The position numbers and the translations under genes were made by a program. A stretch of 64,000 nucleotides of DNA from the NCBI GenBank assembly GCA_964016885.1, contig OZ024741.1, forward strand, positions 23,684,001 through 23,748,000, read 5' to 3'. Below the pieces are notes generated by a model. That model saw only the letters and a program-made list of their open reading frames with translations, did no database searches and was not told the DNA's origin. Shown here in pieces: positions 1 to 15,000 of this stretch. Each line of letters opens with the position of its first letter. Positions within the stretch are counted from its first letter, which is position 1. Origin of the DNA: Eledone cirrhosa. Its lineage: Eukaryota.

Positions 1-3000
1 TGGATAGGACACCAGTCTATCAGAGGGTTAACACACAGGTGAAGAACAATTCCAACTGGATAGGACACCAGTCTATCAGAGGGTTAACACTCAGCTGAAG
101 AACAATTCCAACTGGATAGGACACCAGTCTATCACAGGGTTAACACTCAGCTGAAAAACAATTCCAACTGCATAGGACACCAGTCTATTAGAGGGTTATC
201 ACTCAGCTGAAGAACAATTCCAACTGGATAGGACACCAGTCTATCAGAGGGTTAACACTCATCTGAAGAACAATTCCAACTGGATAGAACACCAGTCTAT
301 CACAGGGTTAACACTCAGCTGAAGAACAATTCCAACTGGATAGGACACCAGTCTATCACAGGGTTAACACACAGCTGAAGAACAATTCCAACTGGATAGG
401 ACACCAGTCTATCAGAGGGTTAACACTCAGCTCAAGAACAATTCCAACTGGATAGGACACCAATCTATCAGAGGGTTAGCACTAAGCTGAAGAACAATTC
501 CATCTGGATAGGACACCAGTCTATCACAGGGTTAACACACAGCAGAAGAACAATTCCAACTGGATAGGACACAAGTCTATCACAGGGTTAACACTCAGCT
601 GAAGAACAATTCCAACTGGATAGGACACCAGTCTATCACAGGGTTATCACTCAGCTGAAGAACAATTCCAACTGGATAGGACACCAGTCTATCAGAGGGT
701 TATCACTCAGCTGAAGAACAATTCCAACTGGATAGGACACCAGTCTATCACAGGGTTAACACTCAGCTGAAGAACAATTCCAACTGGATAGGACACCAGT
801 CTATCACAGGGTTATCACTCAGCTGAAGAACAATTCCAACTGGATAGGACACCAGTCTATCAGAGGGTTAACACACAGCTGAAGAACAATTCCAACTGGA
901 TAGGACACCAGTCTATCAGAGGGTTATCACTCAGCTGCAGAACAATTCCAACTGGATAGGACACCAGTCTATCACAGGGTTAACACTCAGCTGTAGAACA
1001 ATTCCAACTGGATAGGACACCAGTCTATCAGAGGGTTAACACTCAGCTGAAGAACAATTCCAACTGGATAGGACATCAGTCTATCAGAGGGTTAACACTC
1101 AGCTGAAAAACAATTCCAACTGGATGGGACACCAGTCTATCACAGGGATAACACTCAGCTGAAGAACAATTCCAACTGGATAGGACACCAGTCTATCACA
1201 GGGTTAACACTCAGCTGAAGAACAATTCCAACTGGATAGGACACCAGTCTATCACAGGGTTAACACTCAGCTGAAGAACAATGCCAACTGGATAGGACAC
1301 CAGTCTATCAGAGGGTTAACACTCAGCTGAAGAACAATTCCAACTGGATAGGACACCAGTCTATCAGAGGGTTAACACTCAGCTGAAGAACAATTCCAAC
1401 TGGATAGGACACCAGTCTATCAGAGGGTTAACACTCAGCTGAAGAACAATTCCAACTGGATAGGACACCAGTCTATCACAGGGTTAACACTCAGCTGAAG
1501 AACAATTCCAACTGGATAGGACACCAGTCTATCACAGGGTTGACACTCAGCTGAAGAACAATTCCAACTGGATAGGACACCAGTCTATCAGAGGGTTAAC
1601 ACTCAGCTGAAGAACAATTCCAACTGGATAGGACACCAGTCTATCACAGGGTTAACACTCAGCTGAAGAACAATTCCAACTGGATAGGACACTAGTCTAT
1701 CACAGGGTTAACACTCAGCTGAAGAACAATTCCAACTGGATAGGACACCAGTCTATCACAGGGTTAACACTCAGCTGAAGAACAATTCCAACTGGATAGA
1801 CACCAGTCTATCACAGGGTTAACACTCAGCTGAAGAACAATTCCAACTGGATAGGACACCAGTCTATCACAGGTTTAACACCTAGCTGAAGAACAATCCC
1901 AAATGGATAGGACACCAGTCTATCACAGGGTTAACACCTACCTGAAGGACAAACCAAATGGATAGGACACCAGTCTATCACAGGGTTAACACTCAGCTGA
2001 AGAACAATCCCAAATGGATAGGACACCAGTCTATCACAGGGTTAACACTCAGCTGAAGAACAATTCCAACTGGATAGGACACCAGTCTATCACAGGGTTA
2101 ACAGCTAGCTGAAGAACAATCCCAAATGGATAGGACACCAGTCTATCACAGGGTTATCACTCAGCTGAAGAACAATTCCAACTGGATAGGACACCAGTCT
2201 ATCAGAGGGTAACACTCAGCTGAAGAACAATTCCAACTGGATAGGACACCAGTCTATCAGAGGGTTATCACTCAGCTGAAGAACAATTCCAACTGGATAG
2301 GACACCAGTCTATCAGAGGGTTAACACTCAGCTGAAGAACAATTCCAACTGGATAGGACACCAGTCTATCAGAGGGTTAACACTCAGCTGAAGAACAATT
2401 CCAACTGGATAGGACACCAGTCTATCACAGGGTTAACACTCAGCTGAAGAACAATTCCAACTGGATAGGACACCAGTCTATCACAGGGTTGACACTCAGC
2501 TGAAGAACAATTCCAACTGGATAGGACACCAGTCTATCAGAGGGTTAACACTCAGCTGAAGAACAATTCCAACTGGATAGGACACCAGTCTATCACAGGG
2601 TTAACACTCAGCTGAAGAACAATTCCAACTGGATAGGACACTAGTCTATCACAGGGTTAACACTCAGCTGAAGAACAATTCCAACTGGATAGGACACCAG
2701 TCTATCACAGGGTTAACACTCAGCTGAAGAACAATTCCAACTGGATAGACACCAGTCTATCACAGGGTTAACACTCAGCTGAAGAACAATTCCAACTGGA
2801 TAGGACACCAGTCTATCACAGGTTTAACACCTAGCTGAAGAACAATCCCAAATGGATAGGACACCAGTCTATCACAGGGTTAACACCTACCTGAAGGACA
2901 AACCAAATGGATAGGACACCAGTCTATCACAGGGTTAACACTCAGCTGAAGAACAATCCCAAATGGATAGGACACCAGTCTATCACAGGGTTAACACTCA

Positions 3001-6000
3001 GCTGAAGAACAATTCCAACTGGATAGGACACCAGTCTATCACAGGGTTAACAGCTAGCTGAAGAACAATCCCAAATGGATAGGACACCAGTCTATCACAG
3101 GGTTATCACTCAGCTGAAGAACAATTCCAACTGGATAGGACACCAGTCTATCAGAGGGTAACACTCAGCTGAAGAACAATTCCAACTGGATAGGACACCA
3201 GTCTATCAGAGGGTTATCACTCAGCTGAAGAACAATTCCAACTGGATAGGACACCAGTCTATCAGAGGGTTAACACTCAGCTGAAGAACAATTCCAACTG
3301 GATAGGACACCAGTCTATCAGAGGGTTAACACTCAGCTGAAGAACAATTCCAACTGGATAGGACACCAGTCTATCAGAGGGTTAACACTCAGCTGAAGAA
3401 CAATTCCAACTGGATAGGACACCAGTCTATCACAGGGTTAACACTCAGCTGAAGAACAATTCCTACTGGATAGGACACCAGTCTATCACAGGGTTAACAC
3501 ACAGCTGAAGAACAATTCCAACTGGATAGGACACCAGTCTATCACAGGGTTAACACTCAGCTGAAGAACAATTCCAACTGGATAGGACACCAGTCTATCA
3601 CAGGGTTAACACACAGCTGAAGAACAATTCCAACTGGATAGGACACCAGTCTATCAGAGGGTTAACACTCAGCTCAAGAACAATTCCAACTGGATAGGAC
3701 ACCAATCTATCAGAGGGTTATCACTCAGCTGAAGAACAATTCCAACTGGATAGGACACCAGTCTATCACAGGGTTAACACTCAGCTGAAGAACAATTCCA
3801 ACTGGATAGGACACCAGTCTATCAGAGGGTTATCACTCAGCTGAAGAACAATTCCAACTGAATAGGACACCAGTCTATCAGAGGGTTAACACTCAGCTGA
3901 AGAACAATTCCAACTGGATAGGACACCAGTCTATCACAGGGTTAACACTCAGCTGAAGAACAATTCCAACTAGATAGGACACCAGTCTATCACAGGGTTA
4001 ACACACAGCTGAAGAACAATTCCAACTGGATAGGACACCAGTCTATCAGAGGTTAACACTCAGCTCAAGAACAATTCCAACTGGATAGGACACCAATCTA
4101 TCAGAGGGTTATCACTCAGCTGAAGAACAATTCCATCTGGATAGGACACCAGTCTATCAGAGGGTTAACACACAGCTGAAGAACAATTCCAACTGGATGG
4201 GACACCAGTCTATCACAGGGTTATCACTCAGCTGAAGAACAATTCCAACTGGATAGGGCACCAGTCTATCAGAGGGTTAACACTCAGCTGAAGAACAATT
4301 CCAACTGGATAGGACATCAGTCTATCAGAGGGTTAACACTCAGCTGAAAAACAATTCCAACTGGATAGGACACCAGTCTATCACAGGGTTAACACTCAGC
4401 TGAAGAACAATTCCAACTGGATAGGACACCAGTCTATCACAGGGTTAACACTCAGCTGAAGAACAATTCCAACTGGATAGGACACCAGTCTATCACAGGG
4501 TTAACACACAGCTGAAGAACAATCCCAACTGGATAGGACACCAGTCTATCACAGGGTTAACACTCAGCTGAAGAACAATGCCAACTGGATAGGACACCAG
4601 TCTATCAGAGGGTTAACACTCAGCTGAAGAACAATTCCAACTGGATAGGACACCAGTCTATCAGAGGGTTAACACTCAGCTGAAGAACAATTCCAACTGG
4701 ATAGGACACCAGTCTATCAGAGGGTTAACACTCAGCTGAAGAACAATTCCAACTGGATAGGACACCAGTCTATCACAGGGTTAACACTCAGCTGAAGAAC
4801 AATTCCAACTGGATAGGACACCAGTCTATCACAGGGTTAACACTCAGCTGAAGAACAATTCCAACTGGATAGGACACCAGTCTATCAGAGGGTTAACACT
4901 CAGCTGAAGAACAATTCCAACTGGATAGGACACCAGTCTATCACAGGGTTAACACTCAGCTGAAGAACAATTCCAACTGGATAGGACACCAGTCTATCAC
5001 AGGGTTAACACTCAGCTGAAGAACAATTCCAACTGGATAGGACACCAGTCTATCAGAGGGTTAACACTCAGCTGAAGAACAATTCCAACTGGATAGGACA
5101 CCAGTCTATCACAGGGTTAACACTCAGCTGAAGAACAATTCCTACTGGTTAGGACACCAGTCTATCACAGGGTTAACACACAGCTGAAGAACAATTCCAA
5201 CTGGATAGGACACCAGTCTATCACAGGGTTAACACTCAGCTGAAGAACAATTCCAACTGGATAGGACACCAGTCTATCACAGGGTTAACACACAGCTGAA
5301 GAACAATTCCAACTGGATAGGACACCAGTCTATCAGAGGGTTAACACTCAGCTCAAGAACAATTCCAACTGGATAGGACACCAATCTATCAGAGGGTTAT
5401 CACTCAGCTGAAGAACAATTCCAACTGGATAGGACACGAGTCTATCAGAGGGTTAACACACAGCTGAAGAACAATTCCAACTGGATAGGACACAAGTCTA
5501 TCACAGGGTTATCACTCAGCTGAAGAACAATTCCAACTGAATAGGACACCAGTCTATCAGAGGGTAAACACTCAGCTGAAGAACAATTCCAACTGGATAG
5601 GACACCAGTCTATCACAGGGTTATCACTCAGCTGAAGAACAATTCCAAATGGATAGGACACCAGTCTATCAGAGGGTTATCACTCAGCTGAAGAACAATT
5701 CCAACTGGATAGGACACCAGTCTACCAGAGGGTTAACACACAGCTGAAGAACAATTCCAACTGGATAGGACACCAGTCTATCACAGGGTTAACACTCAGC
5801 TGAAGAACAATTCCAACTGGATAGGACACCAGTCTATCACAGGGTTATCACTCAGCTGAAGAACAATTCCAACTGGATAGGACACCAGTCTATCAGAGGG
5901 TTAACACACAGCTGAAGAACAATTCCAACTGGATAGGACACCAGTCTATCAGAGGGTTAACACTCAGCTGAAGAACAATTCCAACTGGATAGGACACCAG

Positions 6001-9000
6001 TCTATCACAGGGTTAACATTCAGCTGAAGAACAATTCCAACTGGATAGGACACCAGTCTATCAGAGGCTTATCACTCAGCTGAAGAACAATTCCAACTGA
6101 ATAGGACACCAGTCTATCAGAGGGTTAACACTCAGCTGAAGAACAATTCCAACTGGATAGGACACCAGTCTATCACAGGGTTAACACTCAGCTGAAGAAC
6201 AATTCCAACTGGATAGGACACCAGTCTATCACAGGGTTAACACACAGCTGGAGAACAATTCCAGCTGGATAGGACACCAGTCTATCAGAGGTTAACACTC
6301 AGCTCAAGAACAATTCCAACTGGATAGGACACCAATCTATCAGAGGGTTATCACTCAGCTGAAGAACAATTCCATCTGGATAGGACACCAGTCTATCAGA
6401 GGGTTAACACACAGCTGAAGAACAATTCCAACTGGATGGGACACCAGTCTATCACAGGGTTATCACTCAGCTGAAGAACAATTCCAACTGGATAGGACAC
6501 CAGTCTATCAGAGGGTTAACACACAGCTGAAGAACAATTCCAACTGGATAGGACACCAGTCTATCTCAGGGTTAACACTCAGCTGAAGAACAATTCCAAC
6601 TGGATAGGACACCAGTCTATCACAGGGTTATCACTCAGCTGAAGAACAATTCCAACTGGATAGGACACCAGTCTATCAGAGGGTTAACACACAGCTGAAG
6701 AACAATTCCAACTGGATAGGACACCAGTCTATCAGAGGGTTATCACTCAGCTGCAGAACAATTCCAACTGGATAGGACACCAGTCTATCACAGGGTTAAC
6801 ACTCAGCTGAAGAACAATTCCAACTGGATAGGACACCAGTCTATCAGAGGGTTAACACTCAGCTGAAGAACAATTCCAACTGGATAGGACACCAGTCTAT
6901 CAGAGGGTTAACACTCAGCTGAAAAACAATTCCAACTGGATAGGACACCAGTCTATCAGAGGGTTAACACTCAGCTGAAGAACAATTCCAACTGGATAGG
7001 ACACCAGTCTATCACAGGGTTAACACTCAGCTGAAGAACAATTCCAACTGGATAGGACACCAGTCTATCACAGGGTTATCACTCAGCTGAAGAACAATTC
7101 CAACTGGATAGGACACCAGTCTATCAGAGGGTTAACACACAGCTGAAGAACAATTCCAACTGGATAGGACACCAGTCTATCAGAGGGTTATCACTCAGCT
7201 GCAGAACAATTCCAACTGGATAGGACACCAGTCTATCACAGGGTTAACACTCAGCTGAAGAACAATTCCAACTGGATAGGACACCAGTCTATCAGAGGGT
7301 TAACACTCAGCTGAAGAACAATTCCAACTGGATAGGACATCAGTCTATCAGAGGGTTAACACTCAGCTGAAAAACAATTCCAACTGGATGGGACACCAGT
7401 CTATCACAGGGATAACACTCAGCTGAAGAACAATTCCAACTGGATAGGACACCAGTCTATCACAGGGTTAACACTCAGCTGAAGAACAATTCCAACTGGA
7501 TAGGACACCAGTCTATCACAGGGTTAACACTCAGCTGAAGAACAATGCCAACTGGATAGGACACCAGTCTATCAGAGGGTTAACACTCAGCTGAAGAACA
7601 ATTCCAACTGGATAGGACACCAGTCTATCAGAGGGTTAACACTCAGCTGAAGAACAATTCCAACTGGATAGGACACCAGTCTATCAGAGGGTTAACACTC
7701 AGCTGAAGAACAATTCCAACTGGATAGGACACCAGTCTATCACAGGGTTAACACTCAGCTGAAGAACAATTCCAACTGGATAGGACACCAGTCTATCACA
7801 GGGTTGACACTCAGCTGAAGAACAATTCCAACTGGATAGGACACCAGTCTATCAGAGGGTTAACACTCAGCTGAAGAACAATTCCAACTGGATAGGACAC
7901 CAGTCTATCACAGGGTTAACACTCAGCTGAAGAACAATTCCAACTGGATAGGACACTAGTCTATCACAGGGTTAACACTCAGCTGAAGAACAATTCCAAC
8001 TGGATAGGACACCAGTCTATCACAGGGTTAACACTCAGCTGAAGAACAATTCCAACTGGATAGACACCAGTCTATCACAGGGTTAACACTCAGCTGAAGA
8101 ACAATTCCAACTGGATAGGACACCAGTCTATCACAGGTTTAACACCTAGCTGAAGAACAATCCCAAATGGATAGGACACCAGTCTATCACAGGGTTAACA
8201 CCTACCTGAAGGACAAACCAAATGGATAGGACACCAGTCTATCACAGGGTTAACACTCAGCTGAAGAACAATCCCAAATGGATAGGACACCAGTCTATCA
8301 CAGGGTTAACACTCAGCTGAAGAACAATTCCAACTGGATAGGACACCAGTCTATCACAGGGTTAACAGCTAGCTGAAGAACAATCCCAAATGGATAGGAC
8401 ACCAGTCTATCACAGGGTTATCACTCAGCTGAAGAACAATTCCAACTGGATAGGACACCAGTCTATCAGAGGGTAACACTCAGCTGAAGAACAATTCCAA
8501 CTGGATAGGACACCAGTCTATCAGAGGGTTATCACTCAGCTGAAGAACAATTCCAACTGGATAGGACACCAGTCTATCAGAGGGTTAACACTCAGCTGAA
8601 GAACAATTCCAACTGGATAGGACACCAGTCTATCAGAGGGTTAACACTCAGCTGAAGAACAATTCCAACTGGATAGGACACCAGTCTATCACAGGGTTAA
8701 CACTCAGCTGAAGAACAATTCCAACTGGATAGGACACCAGTCTATCACAGGGTTGACACTCAGCTGAAGAACAATTCCAACTGGATAGGACACCAGTCTA
8801 TCAGAGGGTTAACACTCAGCTGAAGAACAATTCCAACTGGATAGGACACCAGTCTATCACAGGGTTAACACTCAGCTGAAGAACAATTCCAACTGGATAG
8901 GACACTAGTCTATCACAGGGTTAACACTCAGCTGAAGAACAATTCCAACTGGATAGGACACCAGTCTATCACAGGGTTAACACTCAGCTGAAGAACAATT

Positions 9001-12000
9001 CCAACTGGATAGACACCAGTCTATCACAGGGTTAACACTCAGCTGAAGAACAATTCCAACTGGATAGGACACCAGTCTATCACAGGTTTAACACCTAGCT
9101 GAAGAACAATCCCAAATGGATAGGACACCAGTCTATCACAGGGTTAACACCTACCTGAAGGACAAACCAAATGGATAGGACACCAGTCTATCACAGGGTT
9201 AACACTCAGCTGAAGAACAATCCCAAATGGATAGGACACCAGTCTATCACAGGGTTAACACTCAGCTGAAGAACAATTCCAACTGGATAGGACACCAGTC
9301 TATCACAGGGTTAACAGCTAGCTGAAGAACAATCCCAAATGGATAGGACACCAGTCTATCACAGGGTTATCACTCAGCTGAAGAACAATTCCAACTGGAT
9401 AGGACACCAGTCTATCAGAGGGTAACACTCAGCTGAAGAACAATTCCAACTGGATAGGACACCAGTCTATCAGAGGGTTATCACTCAGCTGAAGAACAAT
9501 TCCAACTGGATAGGACACCAGTCTATCAGAGGGTTAACACTCAGCTGAAGAACAATTCCAACTGGATAGGACACCAGTCTATCAGAGGGTTAACACTCAG
9601 CTGAAGAACAATTCCAACTGGATAGGACACCAGTCTATCAGAGGGTTAACACTCAGCTGAAGAACAATTCCAACTGGATAGGACACCAGTCTATCACAGG
9701 GTTAACACTCAGCTGAAGAACAATTCCTACTGGATAGGACACCAGTCTATCACAGGGTTAACACACAGCTGAAGAACAATTCCAACTGGATAGGACACCA
9801 GTCTGTCACAGGGTTAACACTCAGCTGAAGAACAATTCCAACTGGATAGGACACCAGTCTATCACAGGGTTAACACACAGCTGAAGAACAATTCCAACTG
9901 GATAGGACACCAGTCTATCAGAGGGTTAACACTCAGCTCAAGAACAATTCCAACTGGATAGGACACCAATCTATCAGAGGGTTATCACTCAGCTGAAGAA
10001 CAATTCCAACTGGATAGGACACCAGTCTATCACAGGGTTAACACTCAGCTGAAGAACAATTCCAACTGGATAGGACACCAGTCTATCAGAGGGTTATCAC
10101 TCAGCTGAAGAACAATTCCAACTGAATAGGACACCAGTCTATCAGAGGGTTAACACTCAGCTGAAGAACAATTCCAACTGGATAGGACACCAGTCTATCA
10201 CAGCGTTAACACTCAGCTGAAGAACAATTCCAACTAGATAGGACACCAGTCTATCACAGGGTTAACACACAGCTGAAGAACAATTCCAACTGGATAGGAC
10301 ACCAGTCTATCAGAGGTTAACACTCAGCTCAAGAACAATTCCAACTGGATAGGACACCAATCTATCAGAGGGTTATCACTCAGCTGAAGAACAATTCCAT
10401 CTGGATAGGACACCAGTCTATCAGAGGGTTAACACACAGCTGAAGAACAATTCCAACTGGATGGGACACCAGTCTATCACAGGGTTATCACTCAGCTGAA
10501 GAACAATTCCAACTGGATAGGGCACCAGTCTATCAGAGGGTTAACACTCAGCTGAAGAACAATTCCAACTGGATAGGACATCAGTCTATCAGAGGGTTAA
10601 CACTCAGCTGAAAAACAATTCCAACTGGATAGGACACCAGTCTATCACAGGGTTAACACTCAGCTGAAGAACAATTCCAACTGGATAGGACACCAGTCTA
10701 TCACAGGGTTAACACTCAGCTGAAGAACAATTCCAACTGGATAGGACACCAGTCTATCACAGGGTTAACACACAGCTGAAGAACAATCCCAACTGGATAG
10801 GACACCAGTCTATCACAGGGTTAACACTCAGCTGAAGAACAATGCCAACTGGATAGGACACCAGTCTATCAGAGGGTTAACACTCAGCTGAAGAACAATT
10901 CCAACTGGATAGGACACCAGTCTATCAGAGGGTTAACACTCAGCTGAAGAACAATTCCAACTGGATAGGACACCAGTCTATCAGAGGGTTAACACTCAGC
11001 TGAAGAACAATTCCAACTGGATAGGACACCAGTCTATCACAGGGTTAACACTCAGCTGAAGAACAATTCCAACTGGATAGGACACCAGTCTATCACAGGG
11101 TTAACACTCAGCTGAAGAACAATTCCAACTGGATAGGACACCAGTCTATCAGAGGGTTAACACTCAGCTGAAGAACAATTCCAACTGGATAGGACACCAG
11201 TCTATCACAGGGTTAACACTCAGCTGAAGAACAATTCCAACTGGATAGGACACCAGTCTATCACAGGGTTAACACTCAGCTGAAGAACAATTCCAACTGG
11301 ATAGGACACCAGTCTATCAGAGGGTTAACACTCAGCTGAAGAACAATTCCAACTGGATAGGACACCAGTCTATCACAGGGTTAACACTCAGCTGAAGAAC
11401 AATTCCTACTGGTTAGGACACCAGTCTATCACAGGGTTAACACACAGCTGAAGAACAATTCCAACTGGATAGGACACCAGTCTATCACAGGGTTAACACT
11501 CAGCTGAAGAACAATTCCAACTGGATAGGACACCAGTCTATCACAGGGTTAACACACAGCTGAAGAACAATTCCAACTGGATAGGACACCAGTCTATCAG
11601 AGGGTTAACACTCAGCTCAAGAACAATTCCAACTGGATAGGACACCAATCTATCAGAGGGTTATCACTCAGCTGAAGAACAATTCCAACTGGATAGGACA
11701 CGAGTCTATCAGAGGGTTAACACACAGCTGAAGAACAATTCCAACTGGATAGGACACAAGTCTATCACAGGGTTATCACTCAGCTGAAGAACAATTCCAA
11801 CTGAATAGGACACCAGTCTATCAGAGGGTAAACACTCAGCTGAAGAACAATTCCAACTGGATAGGACACCAGTCTATCACAGGGTTATCACTCAGCTGAA
11901 GAACAATTCCAAATGGATAGGACACCAGTCTATCAGAGGGTTATCACTCAGCTGAAGAACAATTCCAACTGGATAGGACACCAGTCTACCAGAGGGTTAA

Positions 12001-15000
12001 CACACAGCTGAAGAACAATTCCAACTGGATAGGACACCAGTCTATCACAGGGTTAACACTCAGCTGAAGAACAATTCCAACTGGATAGGACACCAGTCTA
12101 TCACAGGGTTATCACTCAGCTGAAGAACAATTCCAACTGGATAGGACACCAGTCTATCAGAGGGTTAACACACAGCTGAAGAACAATTCCAACTGGATAG
12201 GACACCAGTCTATCAGAGGGTTAACACTCAGCTGAAGAACAATTCCAACTGGATAGGACACCAGTCTATCACAGGGTTAACATTCAGCTGAAGAACAATT
12301 CCAACTGGATAGGACACCAGTCTATCAGAGGCTTATCACTCAGCTGAAGAACAATTCCAACTGAATAGGACACCAGTCTATCAGAGGGTTAACACTCAGC
12401 TGAAGAACAATTCCAACTGGATAGGACACCAGTCTATCACAGGGTTAACACTCAGCTGAAGAACAATTCCAACTGGATAGGACACCAGTCTATCACAGGG
12501 TTAACACACAGCTGGAGAACAATTCCAGCTGGATAGGACACCAGTCTATCAGAGGTTAACACTCAGCTCAAGAACAATTCCAACTGGATAGGACACCAAT
12601 CTATCAGAGGGTTATCACTCAGCTGAAGAACAATTCCATCTGGATAGGACACCAGTCTATCAGAGGGTTAACACACAGCTGAAGAACAATTCCAACTGGA
12701 TGGGACACCAGTCTATCACAGGGTTATCACTCAGCTGAAGAACAATTCCAACTGGATAGGACACCAGTCTATCAGAGGGTTAACACACAGCTGAAGAACA
12801 ATTCCAACTGGATAGGACACGAGTCTATCTCAGGGTTAACACTCAGCTGAAGAACAATTCCAACTGGATAGGACACCAGTCTATCACAGGGTTATCACTC
12901 AGCTGAAGAACAATTCCAACTGGATAGGACACCAGTCTATCAGAGGGTTAACACACAGCTGAAGAACAATTCCAACTGGATAGGACACCAGTCTATCAGA
13001 GGGTTATCACTCAGCTGCAGAACAATTCCAACTGGATAGGACACCAGTCTATCACAGGGTTAACACTCAGCTGAAGAACAATTCCAACTGGATAGGACAC
13101 CAGTCTATCAGAGGGTTAACACTCAGCTGAAGAACAATTCCAACTGGATAGGACACCAGTCTATCAGAGGGTTAACACTCAGCTGAAAAACAATTCCAAC
13201 TGGATAGGACACCAGTCTATCAGAGGGTTAACACTCAGCTGAAGAACAATTCCAACTGGATAGGACACCAGTCTATCAGAGGGTTAACCCTCAGCTGAAG
13301 AACAATTCCAACTGGATAGGACACCAGTCTATCAGAGGGTTAGCACTCAGCTGAAGAACAATTCCAACTGGATAGGACACCAGTCTATCACAGGGTTATC
13401 ACTCAGCTGAAGAACAATTCCAAATGGATAGGACACCAGTCTATCAGAGGGTTATCACTCAGCTGAAGAACAATTCCAACTGGATAGGACACCAGTCTAC
13501 CAGAGGGTTAACACACAGCTGAAGAACAATTCCAACTGGATAGGACACCAGTCTATCACAGGGTTAACACTCAGCTGAAGAACAATTCCAACTGGATAGG
13601 ACACCAGTCTATTTCAGGGTTATCACTCAGCTGAAGAACAATTCCAACTGGATAGGACACCAGTCTATCAGAGGGTTAACACACAGCTGAAGAACAATTC
13701 CAACTGGATAGGACACCAGTCTATCAGAGGGTTAACACTCAGCTGAAGAACAATTCCAACTGGATAGGACACCAGTCTATCACAGGGTTAACACTCAGCT
13801 GAAGAACAATTCCAACTGGATAGGACACCAGTCTATCAGAGGCTTATCACTCAGCTGAAGAACAATTCCAACTGAATAGGACACCAGTCTATCAGAGGGT
13901 TAACACTCAGCTGAAGAACAATTCCAACTGGATAGGACACCAGTCTATCACAGGGTTAACACTCAGCTGAAGAACAATTCCAACTGGATAGGACACCAGT
14001 CTATCACAGGGTTAACACACAGCTGAAGAACAATTCCAGCTGGATAGGACACCAGTCTATCAGAGGTTAACACTCAGCTCAAGAACAATTCCAACTGGAT
14101 AGGACACCAATCTATCAGAGGGTTATCACTCAGCTGAAGAACAATTCCATCTGGATAGGGCACCAGTCTATCAGAGGGTTAACACACAGCTGAAGAACAA
14201 TTCCAACTGGATGGGACACCAGTCTATCACAGGGTTATCACTCAGCTGAAGAACAATTCCAACTGGATAGGACACCAGTCTATCAGAGGGTTAACACACA
14301 GCTGAAGAACAATTCCAACTGGATAGGACACCAGTCTATCTCAGGGTTAACACTCAGCTGAAGAACAATTCCAACTGGATAGGACACCAGTCTATCACAG
14401 GGTTATCACTCAGCTGAAGAACAATTCCAACTGGATAGGACACCAGTCTATCAGAGGGTTAACACACAGCTGAAGAACAATTCCAACTGGATAGGACACC
14501 AGTCTATCAGAGGGTTATCACTCAGCTGCAGAACAATTCCAACTGGATAGGACACCAGTCTATCACAGGGTTAACACTCAGCTGAAGAACAATTCCAACT
14601 GGATAGGACACCAGTCTATCAGAGGGTTAACACTCAGCTGAAGAACAATTCCAACTGGATAGGACACCAGTCTATCAGAGGGTTAACACTCAGCTGAAAA
14701 ACAATTCCAACTGGATAGGACACCAGTCTATCAGAGGGTTAACACTCAGCTGAAGAACAATTCCAACTGGATAGGACACCAGTCTATCAGAGGGTTAACC
14801 CTCAGCTGAAGAACAATTCCAACTGGATAGGACACCAGTCTATCAGAGGGTTAGCACTCAGCTGAAGAACAATTCCAACTGGATAGGACACCAGTCTATC
14901 AGAGGGTTAACACTCAGCTGAAGAACAATTCCAACTGGATAGGACACCAGTCTATCACAGGGTTAACACTCAGCTGAAGAACAATTCCAACTGGATAGGA

